NCBI GenBank assembly: GCA_042218355.1
Contig: JBDGRG010000057.1
Span: 6,283 to 38,120 of the forward strand
From: Bradymonadaceae bacterium
GTDB taxonomy: Bacteria > Myxococcota_A > Bradymonadia > Bradymonadales > Bradymonadaceae
Direction: 5' to 3'
DNA length: 31,838 bases
Shown here: positions 17,774 to 26,625 of the stretch, in pieces
How the letters are laid out: every line of letters starts with the position of its first letter
How positions within the stretch are numbered: the first letter of the stretch is position 1
The notes under the pieces: generated by a model
The model's input: only the letters and a program-made list of their open reading frames with translations
Database searches by the model: none
Told to the model about the DNA's origin: nothing
Position numbers and translations under genes: made by a program

Positions 17774-17898
17774 GTCGCCCCCGCGGCCTTGGCGCCGCGG
17801 GTTCCCGGGCTGTAGGGGAGCTAGCCGGGGCGGGAGCGCGCCAACCCCGTCGCCCCCGCGGCCTTGGCGCCGCGGGTTCCCGGGCTCTGGGGGAGCTA
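17774..17898. repeat. Two 50-bp direct repeats, each with an internal GC hairpin (REP-like)
   Basis: 17774-17823 and 17849-17898 are 48/50 identical and 25 nt apart. Each contains CCCGCGGC-N6-GCCGCGGG. Confidence 0.9.
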
Positions 17899-18263
17899 AC
17901 ATTCAGTGCCACGAGGACGCCGGCAACGTAGTGGCGTCCACGACGCTAGCACCCCCAGACCTCTTTCCCCGTGCTCAAAGGTCACGGAGGCCGGAAAGGG
18001 GAGGAGAGGCTCCGCACCGAAGCTGACAGATCATTCTCCCCGCTACGACAATCGTTCCTGGTCGAATCCCACGGATTCCCATCAGACCCCTGGTGCGGTG
18101 GCCGGCCGAAAACGACCTCCTCGTCTTGTGCCTCGAGGCCATTCCTACCATGATCCGCGCGCCGTCGAGGCGCGCTCGGGCGCTTGCGGCCGACGTCGTC
18201 GTCGGCCCAACGTTCGATCCGTCCGAACACCACTGGTGAGCACCCCGCAGACGAACCGGAACG

Positions 18264-19148
18264 ATGGACGAGATACTCGTCGCATGCGGTGACATCGAGC
18301 TGCTGCGCCGGATCGTCTCGGACCTCCCGGAGGGTCGGTTCGAGCCGGTGGCGACCCGGACGGGTCGGGGGATGGCCGAGAAGATCGACGATCGCCGCCT
18401 CCCGCTGGCCATCGTCCACGAGGACCTTGAGGACGACGGTGCGGTGCCACTGTGCATCTCGCTGCAGAAACTCGATCCGCGCCCCGCCGTCCTCTTCCTG
18501 GCCGACTCGCCACCCGACGAGGGGCCCTTCGATCGCGCCGTCCGCTATCCGGTCCCCGGTCCGGTGCTGCGCAACGCCATCGACGAGCTGCTCCAGCCCG
18601 AGGACGCGGACGAGGACGTCGAGTCGTGGAAGGCCTTCTACAAGGAGGTCGCCGGCCGCCTGGAACGAGCCGAGGACCAGGACTACTACGAACTGCTCGG
18701 AGTCGCCCCCGACGCACCGTACGACGCCGTCGTCGAGGCCTTCGACGACCTCAGCCACCGGTATCACCCGGACCGATACGAACACCTCCGCGACCGGCGC
18801 TGGGGCCAGGCCCTCCACGAACACGTCCAGGCGCTCTACACGCTGCTGACCGAAGCTCATCGGGTCCTCGCCGATCGGCAACTGCGCAAACGCTACGATC
18901 GCCTTCGGTCGCGCGGCGAGCTCCGGCTGCCTTCCGACGAACTCTCCTCGCCGGACACCGGCCCGGAGTCACTGGCCGAGACCGCCGAGACCTCCCGGGG
19001 GGAACGGTTTCTGGAGATGGCACAGACCGAACTCGCCAAAGAGAACTACCGAGACGCACTCCAGAACCTCAAATTCGCGTCCAACGTCGAACCCGACAAC
19101 CCGTACATCGACGAAAAGATCGACGAACTCGAGGAGGCACTGAACTGA
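18264..19148 (+). CDS. J-domain (DnaJ-type) protein with a degenerate receiver-like N-terminus and C-terminal TPR-like helices
   Basis: DYYELLGVAPDA...LSHRYHPDRY (HPD intact), EAHRVLADRQLRKRYD; N-terminus EILVACGD...LAIVHEDL resembles a REC fold; C-terminus YRDALQNLKFASNVEPDNPY. Confidence 0.8.
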   Translation: MDEILVACGDIELLRRIVSDLPEGRFEPVATRTGRGMAEKIDDRRLPLAIVHEDLEDDGAVPLCISLQKLDPRPAVLFLADSPPDEGPFDRAVRYPVPGPVLRNAIDELLQPEDADEDVESWKAFYKEVAGRLERAEDQDYYELLGVAPDAPYDAVVEAFDDLSHRYHPDRYEHLRDRRWGQALHEHVQALYTLLTEAHRVLADRQLRKRYDRLRSRGELRLPSDELSSPDTGPESLAETAETSRGERFLEMAQTELAKENYRDALQNLKFASNVEPDNPYIDEKIDELEEALN

Positions 19149-19994
19149 ATGGCCGACGACTCCTCCAATCTGTGGGCCCGCCTGACGACCGCCGCCGTCG
19201 CGATTCCACTGCTCCTGGCGGCGCTGTTCTGGGGCGGGGACCTGGCCGTGACGGCGATGATCGCCGGCGCAGCCGCAGTGGCCGGCTGGGACTTCTGCTC
19301 GATCGGATACGGCGACGACCTGCCGGCGGCCATCTGGGTGACGTCGCTGGCATGCGCCGGGATCGTCGTCGCCTTTCTCGACGACCCCACCCGCGGGCTG
19401 GAGACACTCGTCGGCGCGACCCTCCTCTTGGGCGGCGTCTGCCTGTTCGGCCACGACGATCGAGACCGGGTCCCGGTCCAGTACGGAACCAGCTGCGCGG
19501 CACTGATCTACTGTGGCGTCTTCCCGGCGATGCTGATCCCCGTCTACCAGCAACCCGAGCGCGCCTTCTGGGTCCTGATGGCGATGATCGTCGTCTGGAT
19601 GTCGGATACCGGCGCTTATTTCACCGGACGGGCGGCGGGCGAACACCCGCTCGCCCCCGAGATCAGCCCGAACAAGACCGTCGAGGGCGCAGTCGGGGGG
19701 TTCGTGGGGAGCCTCGTCGGGGCCTTCTTCTGTAACTGGCTCTTCACACGACTGGCCGGTCGGGGTCCGATGGCGAGCTGGCAGACGCTGTCGGCGGGAA
19801 CCGTGCTCCTGGTCGCGGTCCCCGCCAACCTGCTCGCACAGTCCGGCGACCTGGTCGAGAGCCTGCTCAAACGGGCCGGCGGGGTCGACGACAGCGGTTC
19901 ACTGCTGTACGGACATGGGGGCATCCTCGACCGGATCGACGGTCTACTCTTCGCCGCCCCCTGGTTCTACACCTGTGCACTCTATTTCACCTGA
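19149..19994 (+). CDS. cdsA: Phosphatidate cytidylyltransferase
   Basis: WMSDTGAYFTGR, LAPEISPNKTVEGAVGG, GDLVESLLKR, DSGSLLYGHGGILDRIDG. Confidence 0.96.
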   Translation: MADDSSNLWARLTTAAVAIPLLLAALFWGGDLAVTAMIAGAAAVAGWDFCSIGYGDDLPAAIWVTSLACAGIVVAFLDDPTRGLETLVGATLLLGGVCLFGHDDRDRVPVQYGTSCAALIYCGVFPAMLIPVYQQPERAFWVLMAMIVVWMSDTGAYFTGRAAGEHPLAPEISPNKTVEGAVGGFVGSLVGAFFCNWLFTRLAGRGPMASWQTLSAGTVLLVAVPANLLAQSGDLVESLLKRAGGVDDSGSLLYGHGGILDRIDGLLFAAPWFYTCALYFT

Positions 19995-20091
19995 TTCATC
20001 CGAGACACCGATGCGGGCGGTCTCGCCCGACCGGACCGCCCCGACCACTCGGTGAGCCAACCCGTCTCTGCCAGTCCACCGCGCCGGCGGC

Positions 20092-21807
20092 ATGAGTATC
20101 GTCTACTTCATCGTTCTGATTGGTGCCCTGATCTTCATCCACGAGTTCGGGCACTTCATCGTCGCCAAGATCTTCGACGTCCGCGTCCTCCGGTTCTCGA
20201 TCGGATTCGGCCCGGAGATCGTCTCGTACCAGCGCGGCGAAACCGAATACGTCCTCGCCATGCTGCCGCTGGGCGGATACGTCCAGATGTACGGGCACAC
20301 CTTCGAGGATATCGAGGAACTCGATCCCGAGGAACGCGATCGCGCCCTGATGGGCAAACCGGTCTGGCAGCGGTCACTGATCACGCTGGCCGGTCCGGCG
20401 TTCAACATCCTGCTCCCGCTGGTCATCTACTTCACCGCGACCGCTCTCACTCCGACCGCCCCGCCCTCGGAAGTGGGACAGGTCCTCCCCGAGACGCCGG
20501 CCGCTGAAGCCGGCCTGCAACCCGGAGACCGGATCGTCGCCATCGACGGTGAATCGACCCGCTACTGGTCGGAGGTCACCTCGATGGTTCGGGATGCCTG
20601 GAACCGCACGGTGACACTCACCGTCGAGCGCAACGGCGAACGGCGGCAAATCGAGGTCAACCCGGAGAAGAAGACGCGGACCGACTTCCTGGGGCTGAAC
20701 ACGCGGACCTACGGCATGCTGGGCATCCACCGCGGCCGCCCCGGCCCGACGATCGCGCTCGACGACCCCGACGGCCCGGCGGCTCGCGCGGGGCTGAAAC
20801 ACTTCGACCGCATCGTCGCCATCGACGGCGAACCGGTGCGCGACTTCCACGACATCCGGACCACCGTCCGAAACCACCCCGGGGAAAAGCTCGAGCTGCT
20901 CGTCCTCCGGCGCTACCAGATCGGCGTCGAGTACGGCCAGTTCTTCCGCCAGCGCACCAGACGGATTCGGGTCGCCGTCTCGAAGCGGAACGGACGAGGC
21001 AGGATCGGCATCGAGCCCGCCCAGATGTACGTCACGGAGGTCGACCCCTCGTCGCCTGCGGCACGCGCGGGCCTTCAGAGCGGCGATCGCCTCGTCGCAC
21101 TCGACGGCCGAACATACGGCAACTGGCGGATGCTCGTCGAACACCTCCACAACGACATCAATCGACGGATCCTCGACAAGCGTCGATCCGGCGAGGACGC
21201 CTCGTCGATCTCGGTCGAATTCGAACTGACCTGGGAGCGCGGCGAGAAGACGATGACCGGGACGATCCAGCCCCGTGTGGTCGAGTACGAGGGGCAGGGG
21301 AAACAGAGTCGATACCGAATCTACGTCGGCTGGGGGCATTTCAACGACATGGTCATGCCCGACCGCGTGCGAGTTCCCCTCCTCACGCGCCTCGAACACG
21401 GTGTGCGACGCAGCGTCAGCCGGACGTGGGAGCTGACCAGCATGATGGTCACCGGGCTACTCCGGCTCGCGCAGGGACGGGTCAGCCTCGACACCGTCGG
21501 GGGGCCGATCATGATCGGCGAGCTGGCCGCACAGGCGGGCCGCGCCGGATTCGAGTACTTCTTTCAGATGATGGCGCTCATCTCGATCAACCTCGCCATC
21601 ATCAACTTGCTGCCGATTCCAGTCCTCGACGGCGGCCACCTGATGTTCTACGCCGTCGAAGCCGTCCGACGCCGACCGCTGAGTTTTCGAACCCGCCAGA
21701 TCCTCACCTACATCGGGTTCGTCCTGATCGTTCTGCTGATGCTCTACGCGACGAAGAACGACATCGAGCGCTACTGGCACCAGTGGATGGAGCGGCTATC
21801 GGGGTAG
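20092..21807 (+). CDS. rseP: RIP metalloprotease RseP (M50 family) with multiple PDZ domains
   Basis: IFIHEFGHF (HEXXH), LAGPAFN, three PAA(E/R)AGL...(G/F)DR(I/L)VA(I/L)DG PDZ-like segments, NLLPIPVLDGGHL. Confidence 0.96.
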   Translation: MSIVYFIVLIGALIFIHEFGHFIVAKIFDVRVLRFSIGFGPEIVSYQRGETEYVLAMLPLGGYVQMYGHTFEDIEELDPEERDRALMGKPVWQRSLITLAGPAFNILLPLVIYFTATALTPTAPPSEVGQVLPETPAAEAGLQPGDRIVAIDGESTRYWSEVTSMVRDAWNRTVTLTVERNGERRQIEVNPEKKTRTDFLGLNTRTYGMLGIHRGRPGPTIALDDPDGPAARAGLKHFDRIVAIDGEPVRDFHDIRTTVRNHPGEKLELLVLRRYQIGVEYGQFFRQRTRRIRVAVSKRNGRGRIGIEPAQMYVTEVDPSSPAARAGLQSGDRLVALDGRTYGNWRMLVEHLHNDINRRILDKRRSGEDASSISVEFELTWERGEKTMTGTIQPRVVEYEGQGKQSRYRIYVGWGHFNDMVMPDRVRVPLLTRLEHGVRRSVSRTWELTSMMVTGLLRLAQGRVSLDTVGGPIMIGELAAQAGRAGFEYFFQMMALISINLAIINLLPIPVLDGGHLMFYAVEAVRRRPLSFRTRQILTYIGFVLIVLLMLYATKNDIERYWHQWMERLSG

Positions 21808-21904
21808 GAAGGGAGAAGGCAGAAGGAGAAGGGGGAAGGATGAAGGATGAAGGAGGAAGGATGAACGGAGAAGGGAGAAGGGAGAGGGGAGGAGGGGGAA
21901 GGGA
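21808..21904. repeat. Polypurine heptamer tandem array (GAAGGRN x ~14)
   Basis: Units GAAGGGA, GAAGGCA, GAAGGAT etc. begin immediately after the rseP stop codon. Confidence 0.9.
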
Positions 21905-21962
21905 ACCGGTGGAGTCATTCGAACCTCCTGGCACACCGCGGTCGAACGGAGGCGTCCTTGGA

Positions 21963-22031
21963 GACGAGATACTTTACACTGTGTAAACTTTACAGGGTGT
22001 AAAGGTGGCTTTACACGATGTGAATCTCGTC
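21963..22031. repeat. Three TTTACA-N3-TGT(A/G)AA palindromes enclosed by an 8-bp inverted repeat
   Basis: Units at 21973-21987, 21989-22003 and 22010-22024 (one mismatch); flanks GACGAGAT (21963-21970) and ATCTCGTC (22024-22031). Confidence 0.85.
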
Positions 22032-22140
22032 GAGCGTCGAATGCTCGCCGGCCGGCATAGCGCTCCACAGGGGCCCGTCGTCCGCCGATCACGGTGGGAA
22101 GGATACCATCGCGTCGAAGAGCAGTGGTCGTGCGGTTTTA

Positions 22141-22248
22141 GCTCGACTGCTCGACCGCTAGACAGCTCGACGCTCCCGCACCATCGACTGTAGACTGACG
22201 ATCACAGCCTGAGGACTGTCGACCGTAGCCTGACGACTGAAGACTTGG
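22141..22248. repeat. Degenerate octamer then heptamer tandem repeats upstream of tsaB
   Basis: GACTGCTC/GACCGCTA/GACAGCTC at 22145-22168, then nine GACTGAC-like heptamers at 22186-22248. Confidence 0.65.
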
Positions 22249-22252
22249 GAAC

Positions 22253-22978
22253 ATGGGTGAATCCCTCGCACTCGGTATCGACACGGCGACTCCAGTCCAA
22301 TCCATCGCATTGATGGACGGTGACCGGCTGATCGAGGATTGTCGCCGCCGGGTGGAGTTCGATCACTCGAGTTCGCTGTTGGCGAATCTCGACGACGGAT
22401 TTCGGGAGCACGACTGGGAACCGGGCGACCTCGACCTGATCGCAGTCGGCATCGGCCCCGGGAGTTTCACCGGGGTACGAATCGGGCTCTCGCTGGCCAA
22501 GGGGATCGCCCGGGGCGCGGAGGTCCCGCTGGTCGGCGTCTCGAGTCCCGGCTGCCAGGCGACCTCGCACGCCCGCCGCTCGCCGGGGCGATACGTCTGC
22601 GCCGCGTACGACGCTCAGCGGCGCGAGGTCTACACCGGCACCTTCGTCCATCGCCGCGAGTCGGACCGAACCGTCCCGGTGGTCGACGACGCCCTGGTCG
22701 AACCGGCTGAACTGCGCGCGCGCCTCGAGCGCTGGGCCGACGACGAGGACCGAACGATCACTGTCGTCGGCAACGGCACGGAGCGATTCGAGGAGCTGGG
22801 TCGGTGGGACCGGCCGGATATCCGCGCGCTGCCGCCCGCCGACGCGACGCCATCGGGCGTGGACGCGATCCGTCTGGGTCGACAGGCGTTCGACGAGCGG
22901 GGTCCGGACGACCTGGCGAGACTCGAACCGAACTACATCCGCCCGAGTAGCGCCGAGGAGAACGACGAAGACGATTGA
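22253..22978 (+). CDS. tsaB: tRNA threonylcarbamoyladenosine biosynthesis protein TsaB
   Basis: LGIDTAT, HSSSLL, IAVGIGPGSFTGVRIGLSLAKGIA, YDAQRREVY, LEPNYIR. Confidence 0.95.
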   Translation: MGESLALGIDTATPVQSIALMDGDRLIEDCRRRVEFDHSSSLLANLDDGFREHDWEPGDLDLIAVGIGPGSFTGVRIGLSLAKGIARGAEVPLVGVSSPGCQATSHARRSPGRYVCAAYDAQRREVYTGTFVHRRESDRTVPVVDDALVEPAELRARLERWADDEDRTITVVGNGTERFEELGRWDRPDIRALPPADATPSGVDAIRLGRQAFDERGPDDLARLEPNYIRPSSAEENDEDD

Positions 22979-23005
22979 CCGCCCTCCTCCAGCCCCCGCC
23001 GACCA

Positions 23006-24271
23006 ATGCGCTCCGCCACCCTGGTCCTCGCCGCCGTGAGTCTGATCGGGGCCGCCCACTGCGACCGCGACGCGGCGAACGATTCGTCCGATCCGAGCGA
23101 GCGAGAGTCGGCCCCCGAACCCGACGAATCCGCGAGCGCCTCCGACAACCCCTCCTCCGACGACGCATCGGAACGAACGACCCATCGCGTCGGTCGATGG
23201 AAAGCGATCGACGCCCACACCCACCTGTCGCCGCAGTCCTATCCCATCGTCGCCGAGGTCATGCGCGAGGAGCGCATCTACCGAGCGGTCAACCTCAGCG
23301 GCGGGCACAAACCCGACTTTCGGACGCAACATCTCGAACTCGCCGACCGCCTCCCCGACCGCATCGCGCTGTTCTTCAACGTCGACTGGGAAGGGGTGAC
23401 CGATCCGACGTTCGGCGAACAGACCGCCGACGAACTCGCCGCCGCCGTCCGCGAGGGCTACGCGGGGTTGAAGATCACCAAGGCGCTCGGGCTCGAGGTC
23501 AAGGGCGAGGACGGCGAACTATTGCCCGTCGACACCCCGAAACTCGATCCGCTCTGGGAACGCGCCGGCGAACTGGGGATCCCCGTGACGATTCACACCG
23601 GCGACCCGAAGGCGTTCTTCAAAAAGCCCGGGCCGGACAACGAGCGCTGGGCCGAACTGAAACTCGCCGAGGACTGGAGCTGGTACGGCGAAGAGTACCC
23701 GTCCCGGAAAACGCTCCTTCGCGCTCGCGACCGCTTGATCGAACGGCACGACGATACGACGTTCATCCTGGCGCACATGGCGAACAATCCGGAGGACATG
23801 GCGTATGTCGACCGGCTGCTGAACCGGCACGACAACGTCTACGTCGACACCTCCGCTCGGATCGCCGAATTCGGCAGACATCCCGCCGAAGACATCCGCG
23901 AGTTCTTCATCGACCACCAGAATCGGATCCTCTTCGGGACCGACCTCGGCGTGCAGGCCCGCCGAGCCGGCGACAAACTGCGGTACAGCCTGTTTCTGGG
24001 CAGCGTCCGACGCGAACCGCCGGACCTCGACGACATCCCGGTCTTCTTCGACCGCCACTGGCGCTACTTCGAGACTGACCGCGAGGCGGTCGAACATCCG
24101 ATTCCGATCCAGGGGGACTGGAAGGTCCACCCGATCGACCTGCCCGAGCACGTCCTCGCGAAGATCTACTGGAAGAACGCCGAACGGCTGATCTTCGCGC
24201 CCTGGCTCGGCCGTCGGGCCGCTCACCGGGTCGCCGACGTCGCCGGCGAATTCGATCGCCAGGCCGAGTGA
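23006..24271 (+). CDS. Amidohydrolase-superfamily metal-dependent hydrolase, probably exported or a lipoprotein
   Basis: IDAHTH, IHTGD, LAHMAN, YVDTSA, LFGTD motifs. N-terminal hydrophobic stretch ends in Cys (LIGAAHC) and is followed by an acidic Ser/Asp linker. Confidence 0.85.
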   Translation: MRSATLVLAAVSLIGAAHCDRDAANDSSDPSERESAPEPDESASASDNPSSDDASERTTHRVGRWKAIDAHTHLSPQSYPIVAEVMREERIYRAVNLSGGHKPDFRTQHLELADRLPDRIALFFNVDWEGVTDPTFGEQTADELAAAVREGYAGLKITKALGLEVKGEDGELLPVDTPKLDPLWERAGELGIPVTIHTGDPKAFFKKPGPDNERWAELKLAEDWSWYGEEYPSRKTLLRARDRLIERHDDTTFILAHMANNPEDMAYVDRLLNRHDNVYVDTSARIAEFGRHPAEDIREFFIDHQNRILFGTDLGVQARRAGDKLRYSLFLGSVRREPPDLDDIPVFFDRHWRYFETDREAVEHPIPIQGDWKVHPIDLPEHVLAKIYWKNAERLIFAPWLGRRAAHRVADVAGEFDRQAE

Positions 24272-24280
24272 CGCATCCCG

Positions 24281-26359
24281 ATGACTCGACCGATCGACGA
24301 GGTGACACCCGGCCGCTTCGAGCTCGTCTTCGACGGCGACCCCTCCCTCGATCTGACCGATCTTCCGAAGATCGGCCCGAAGACCGCCCGGCGCCTCGGC
24401 GAACGGGAGATCGACGACGCCACCGACCTGCTGCTGTTCCTGCCTCGGTCTTACCGACGAACGGCGCGCTATCCCGACGCGGAATCGCTGGCACGCCACG
24501 ACTTCGGATACGTCGAGACCATCGGTGAAATCGTCTCGCGCGGTCCTCCGAATCGACACGGCCGCGCCCCCTTCGAGGTCGTGGTGCGCGCGGCCTCTCA
24601 ACAGTTCAAACTGCTCTGGTTCAACCTCCCCTACCCGGGCTTCTCGAACTCCTTCGACGAGGGGAAGTGGGTGAGGTTCGAGGGAGAGGTCGACTGGGAG
24701 GAGGGGCGGCCGTCGTTGGCTCACCCTCAGACCGACGTCACGAGCCGCTCCCGGCCCGACGGGCGACCCGAGTCGATCGAGCTCGAACCGGTGTACACCT
24801 CGTTCGAGGACGTCGCCGACCATCGCGTCCGCCGTGGCATCGAGGCCGCGGGCGAGCGCCTCCTGCCGCGCACGATCGACGTCCTCCCCGACGAGCTGCT
24901 CGAGGGCCGGGACCTGGGCACGGTCCGCGAGGCGCTGGCGACGGCCCACGTCCTCGGCGACTGGTCCGACCTGGAAGCGTTCGAAACGGCTCTCCACCGC
25001 GCCCATCGACGACTGGTCTACGAGGAGTTCTACACGCTCCAGCGCTCGCTCGCCCGCCGCTACGCCCGACAGCGCCGGGCCGCCGAGGCGCCCGTCTGCG
25101 AGAATCGCGAACTGGGCCGGGCGATCGCGGGGGAGCTCCCCTTCGAGCTGACCGACGACCAAAAACGAGCCTGCGCCCGGCTCGCCGAGGAACTGACTCG
25201 AACCGCGCCGATGCGCCGTCTCCTCCAGGGCGACGTCGGCAGCGGCAAGACGATCGTCGCCCTGCTGACCGCGGCGATCTGCATCGACAGCGGCCACCAG
25301 GTGGCCCTCATGGCGCCGACGGACATCCTCGCGCGCCAGCACACCGACCGCGCCCGGGAGCTGTTCGATGGAGCTCCCGTCGATGTCGAGCTGATCTCGG
25401 GGTCGATTCCCGACGACGAACGGTCGAATCGACTCGACCGGGCCGCCCACGGATCCGCCGACCTCGTCGTGGGGACACACGCCCTCTTCCAGCAGGAGGT
25501 CGCCTTCGAACGACTCGGCCTGGCGATCGTCGACGAGCAGCACAAGTTCGGTGTCGAGCAGCGCGGGGCGCTCCTCCACAAGGGGGACGATCCCCATCTG
25601 CTGGCGATGACCGCCACGCCGATCCCGCGGTCGCTCGCACACACTGCCTTCGGTGACCTCGATCTGACGATCATCCGCGACAAGCCCCCCGGCCGAAAAC
25701 CCGTCGCGACCTACCTCCGCGACCGGAGGGCCGCCCCGGACGTCTACGAGTACGTCGCCGAGCGGGTCGACGGCGAGGACGAGCGAGCCTTCTTCGTCTA
25801 CCCGATGGTCGAATCCGGCGAGGGGGCGCGGCGCAGCGCCGTCGAATCGGCCGAACGACTCGCCAACGGCCCCCTGTCCGAGCTGCGCGTCGGGGTGCTC
25901 CACGGCCAGATGCCCGACGAGACCAAACACCGGACGATGTCGGCCTTCGACCGGGGCGACATCGACGTCCTCTGCGCGACGACCGTCGTCGAGGTGGGGA
26001 TGGACGTCGCCGAGGCCTCGATCATGGTCGTCGAGGACGGCGAGATGTTCGGCCTCAGCCAACTCCATCAGCTGCGGGGGCGCGTCGGCCGGGGCGGCCA
26101 GCGGGCGATCTGCGTGGTGCTGACGGGCTGGAACCCGGGCGAAGACGCTCGACGACGGCTCGAGAGCTTCCGGAGGACGAACGACGGGTTCGAACTGGCC
26201 GAGCGCGACCTCGAGATCCGCGGGCCCGGCGAGTTTCTGGGTAAAAAACAGGCCGGGCGGGCCGAATTTCGGTTCGGGGACCTGACGCGGGACGACGAGT
26301 TGCTCGAGGCGGCGCGCCGGGACGCCCGCCGCCGCGCCCTCGGCGATGCCGGTCGATGA
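24281..26359 (+). CDS. recG: ATP-dependent DNA helicase RecG
   Basis: RLLQGDVGSGKT, MAPTDILARQH, VGTHALFQ, IVDEQHKFGVEQR, MTATPIPRSL, GLSQLHQLRGRVGRG, DLEIRGPGE. Confidence 0.97.
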   Translation: MTRPIDEVTPGRFELVFDGDPSLDLTDLPKIGPKTARRLGEREIDDATDLLLFLPRSYRRTARYPDAESLARHDFGYVETIGEIVSRGPPNRHGRAPFEVVVRAASQQFKLLWFNLPYPGFSNSFDEGKWVRFEGEVDWEEGRPSLAHPQTDVTSRSRPDGRPESIELEPVYTSFEDVADHRVRRGIEAAGERLLPRTIDVLPDELLEGRDLGTVREALATAHVLGDWSDLEAFETALHRAHRRLVYEEFYTLQRSLARRYARQRRAAEAPVCENRELGRAIAGELPFELTDDQKRACARLAEELTRTAPMRRLLQGDVGSGKTIVALLTAAICIDSGHQVALMAPTDILARQHTDRARELFDGAPVDVELISGSIPDDERSNRLDRAAHGSADLVVGTHALFQQEVAFERLGLAIVDEQHKFGVEQRGALLHKGDDPHLLAMTATPIPRSLAHTAFGDLDLTIIRDKPPGRKPVATYLRDRRAAPDVYEYVAERVDGEDERAFFVYPMVESGEGARRSAVESAERLANGPLSELRVGVLHGQMPDETKHRTMSAFDRGDIDVLCATTVVEVGMDVAEASIMVVEDGEMFGLSQLHQLRGRVGRGGQRAICVVLTGWNPGEDARRRLESFRRTNDGFELAERDLEIRGPGEFLGKKQAGRAEFRFGDLTRDDELLEAARRDARRRALGDAGR

Positions 26360-26400
26360 ACCGCAGAGGGCTCAGTTCAACCGAACCGCAGAGGGCTCAG
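26358..26400. repeat. 18-bp perfect direct repeat GAACCGCAGAGGGCTCAG x2
   Basis: Copies at 26358-26375 and 26383-26400, overlapping the recG stop codon. Confidence 0.85.
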
Positions 26401-26478
26401 AGAGCTCAGAGGACAAAACCGGAGGCGTGAGACGCAATGGGAACGATAAAGCCGCATTGGAAACGACCACCTGCAATC

Positions 26479-26606
26479 GTGCGGTTGGCCGCTCGTACGG
26501 TTGTGCGGTTGTCCGGTCGTGGGCTCGACCGCTCAACGGCTTAACAGCTTGACGGCTCGCCGGCCCAGCGGCCCAGCAGCTGGGCGGCTGAGCGGCTCGA
26601 CGGCCG
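26479..26606. repeat. Drifting octamer tandem array (~16 units)
   Basis: 8-nt period: GTGCGGTT, GTACGGTT, GACCGCTC, AACGGCTT, GACGGCTC, AGCGGCCC, AGCGGCTC etc. Confidence 0.7.
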
Positions 26607-26625
26607 GGCCGAACGCAGTGAGGCC

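Noticed and set aside
17774-17898. Possible CRISPR array
   Set aside because: Only two repeats, 50 bp long with one 25-nt GC-rich spacer, and no cas-like gene in the window.
17574-18263. Sigma54 (-24/-12) promoter for the accessory block
   Set aside because: The TGGCAC seen on the minus strand near 17906-17911 lacks a GC at the required GG-N10-GC spacing.
21963-22031. tRNA-like cloverleaf
   Set aside because: Loops are only 3 nt, the arms are sequence copies, and there are no D/T-loop consensus bases or CCA end.
23519-26068. 849-aa minus-strand ORF
   Set aside because: Antisense to the amidohydrolase and recG genes, both of which have clear motifs.
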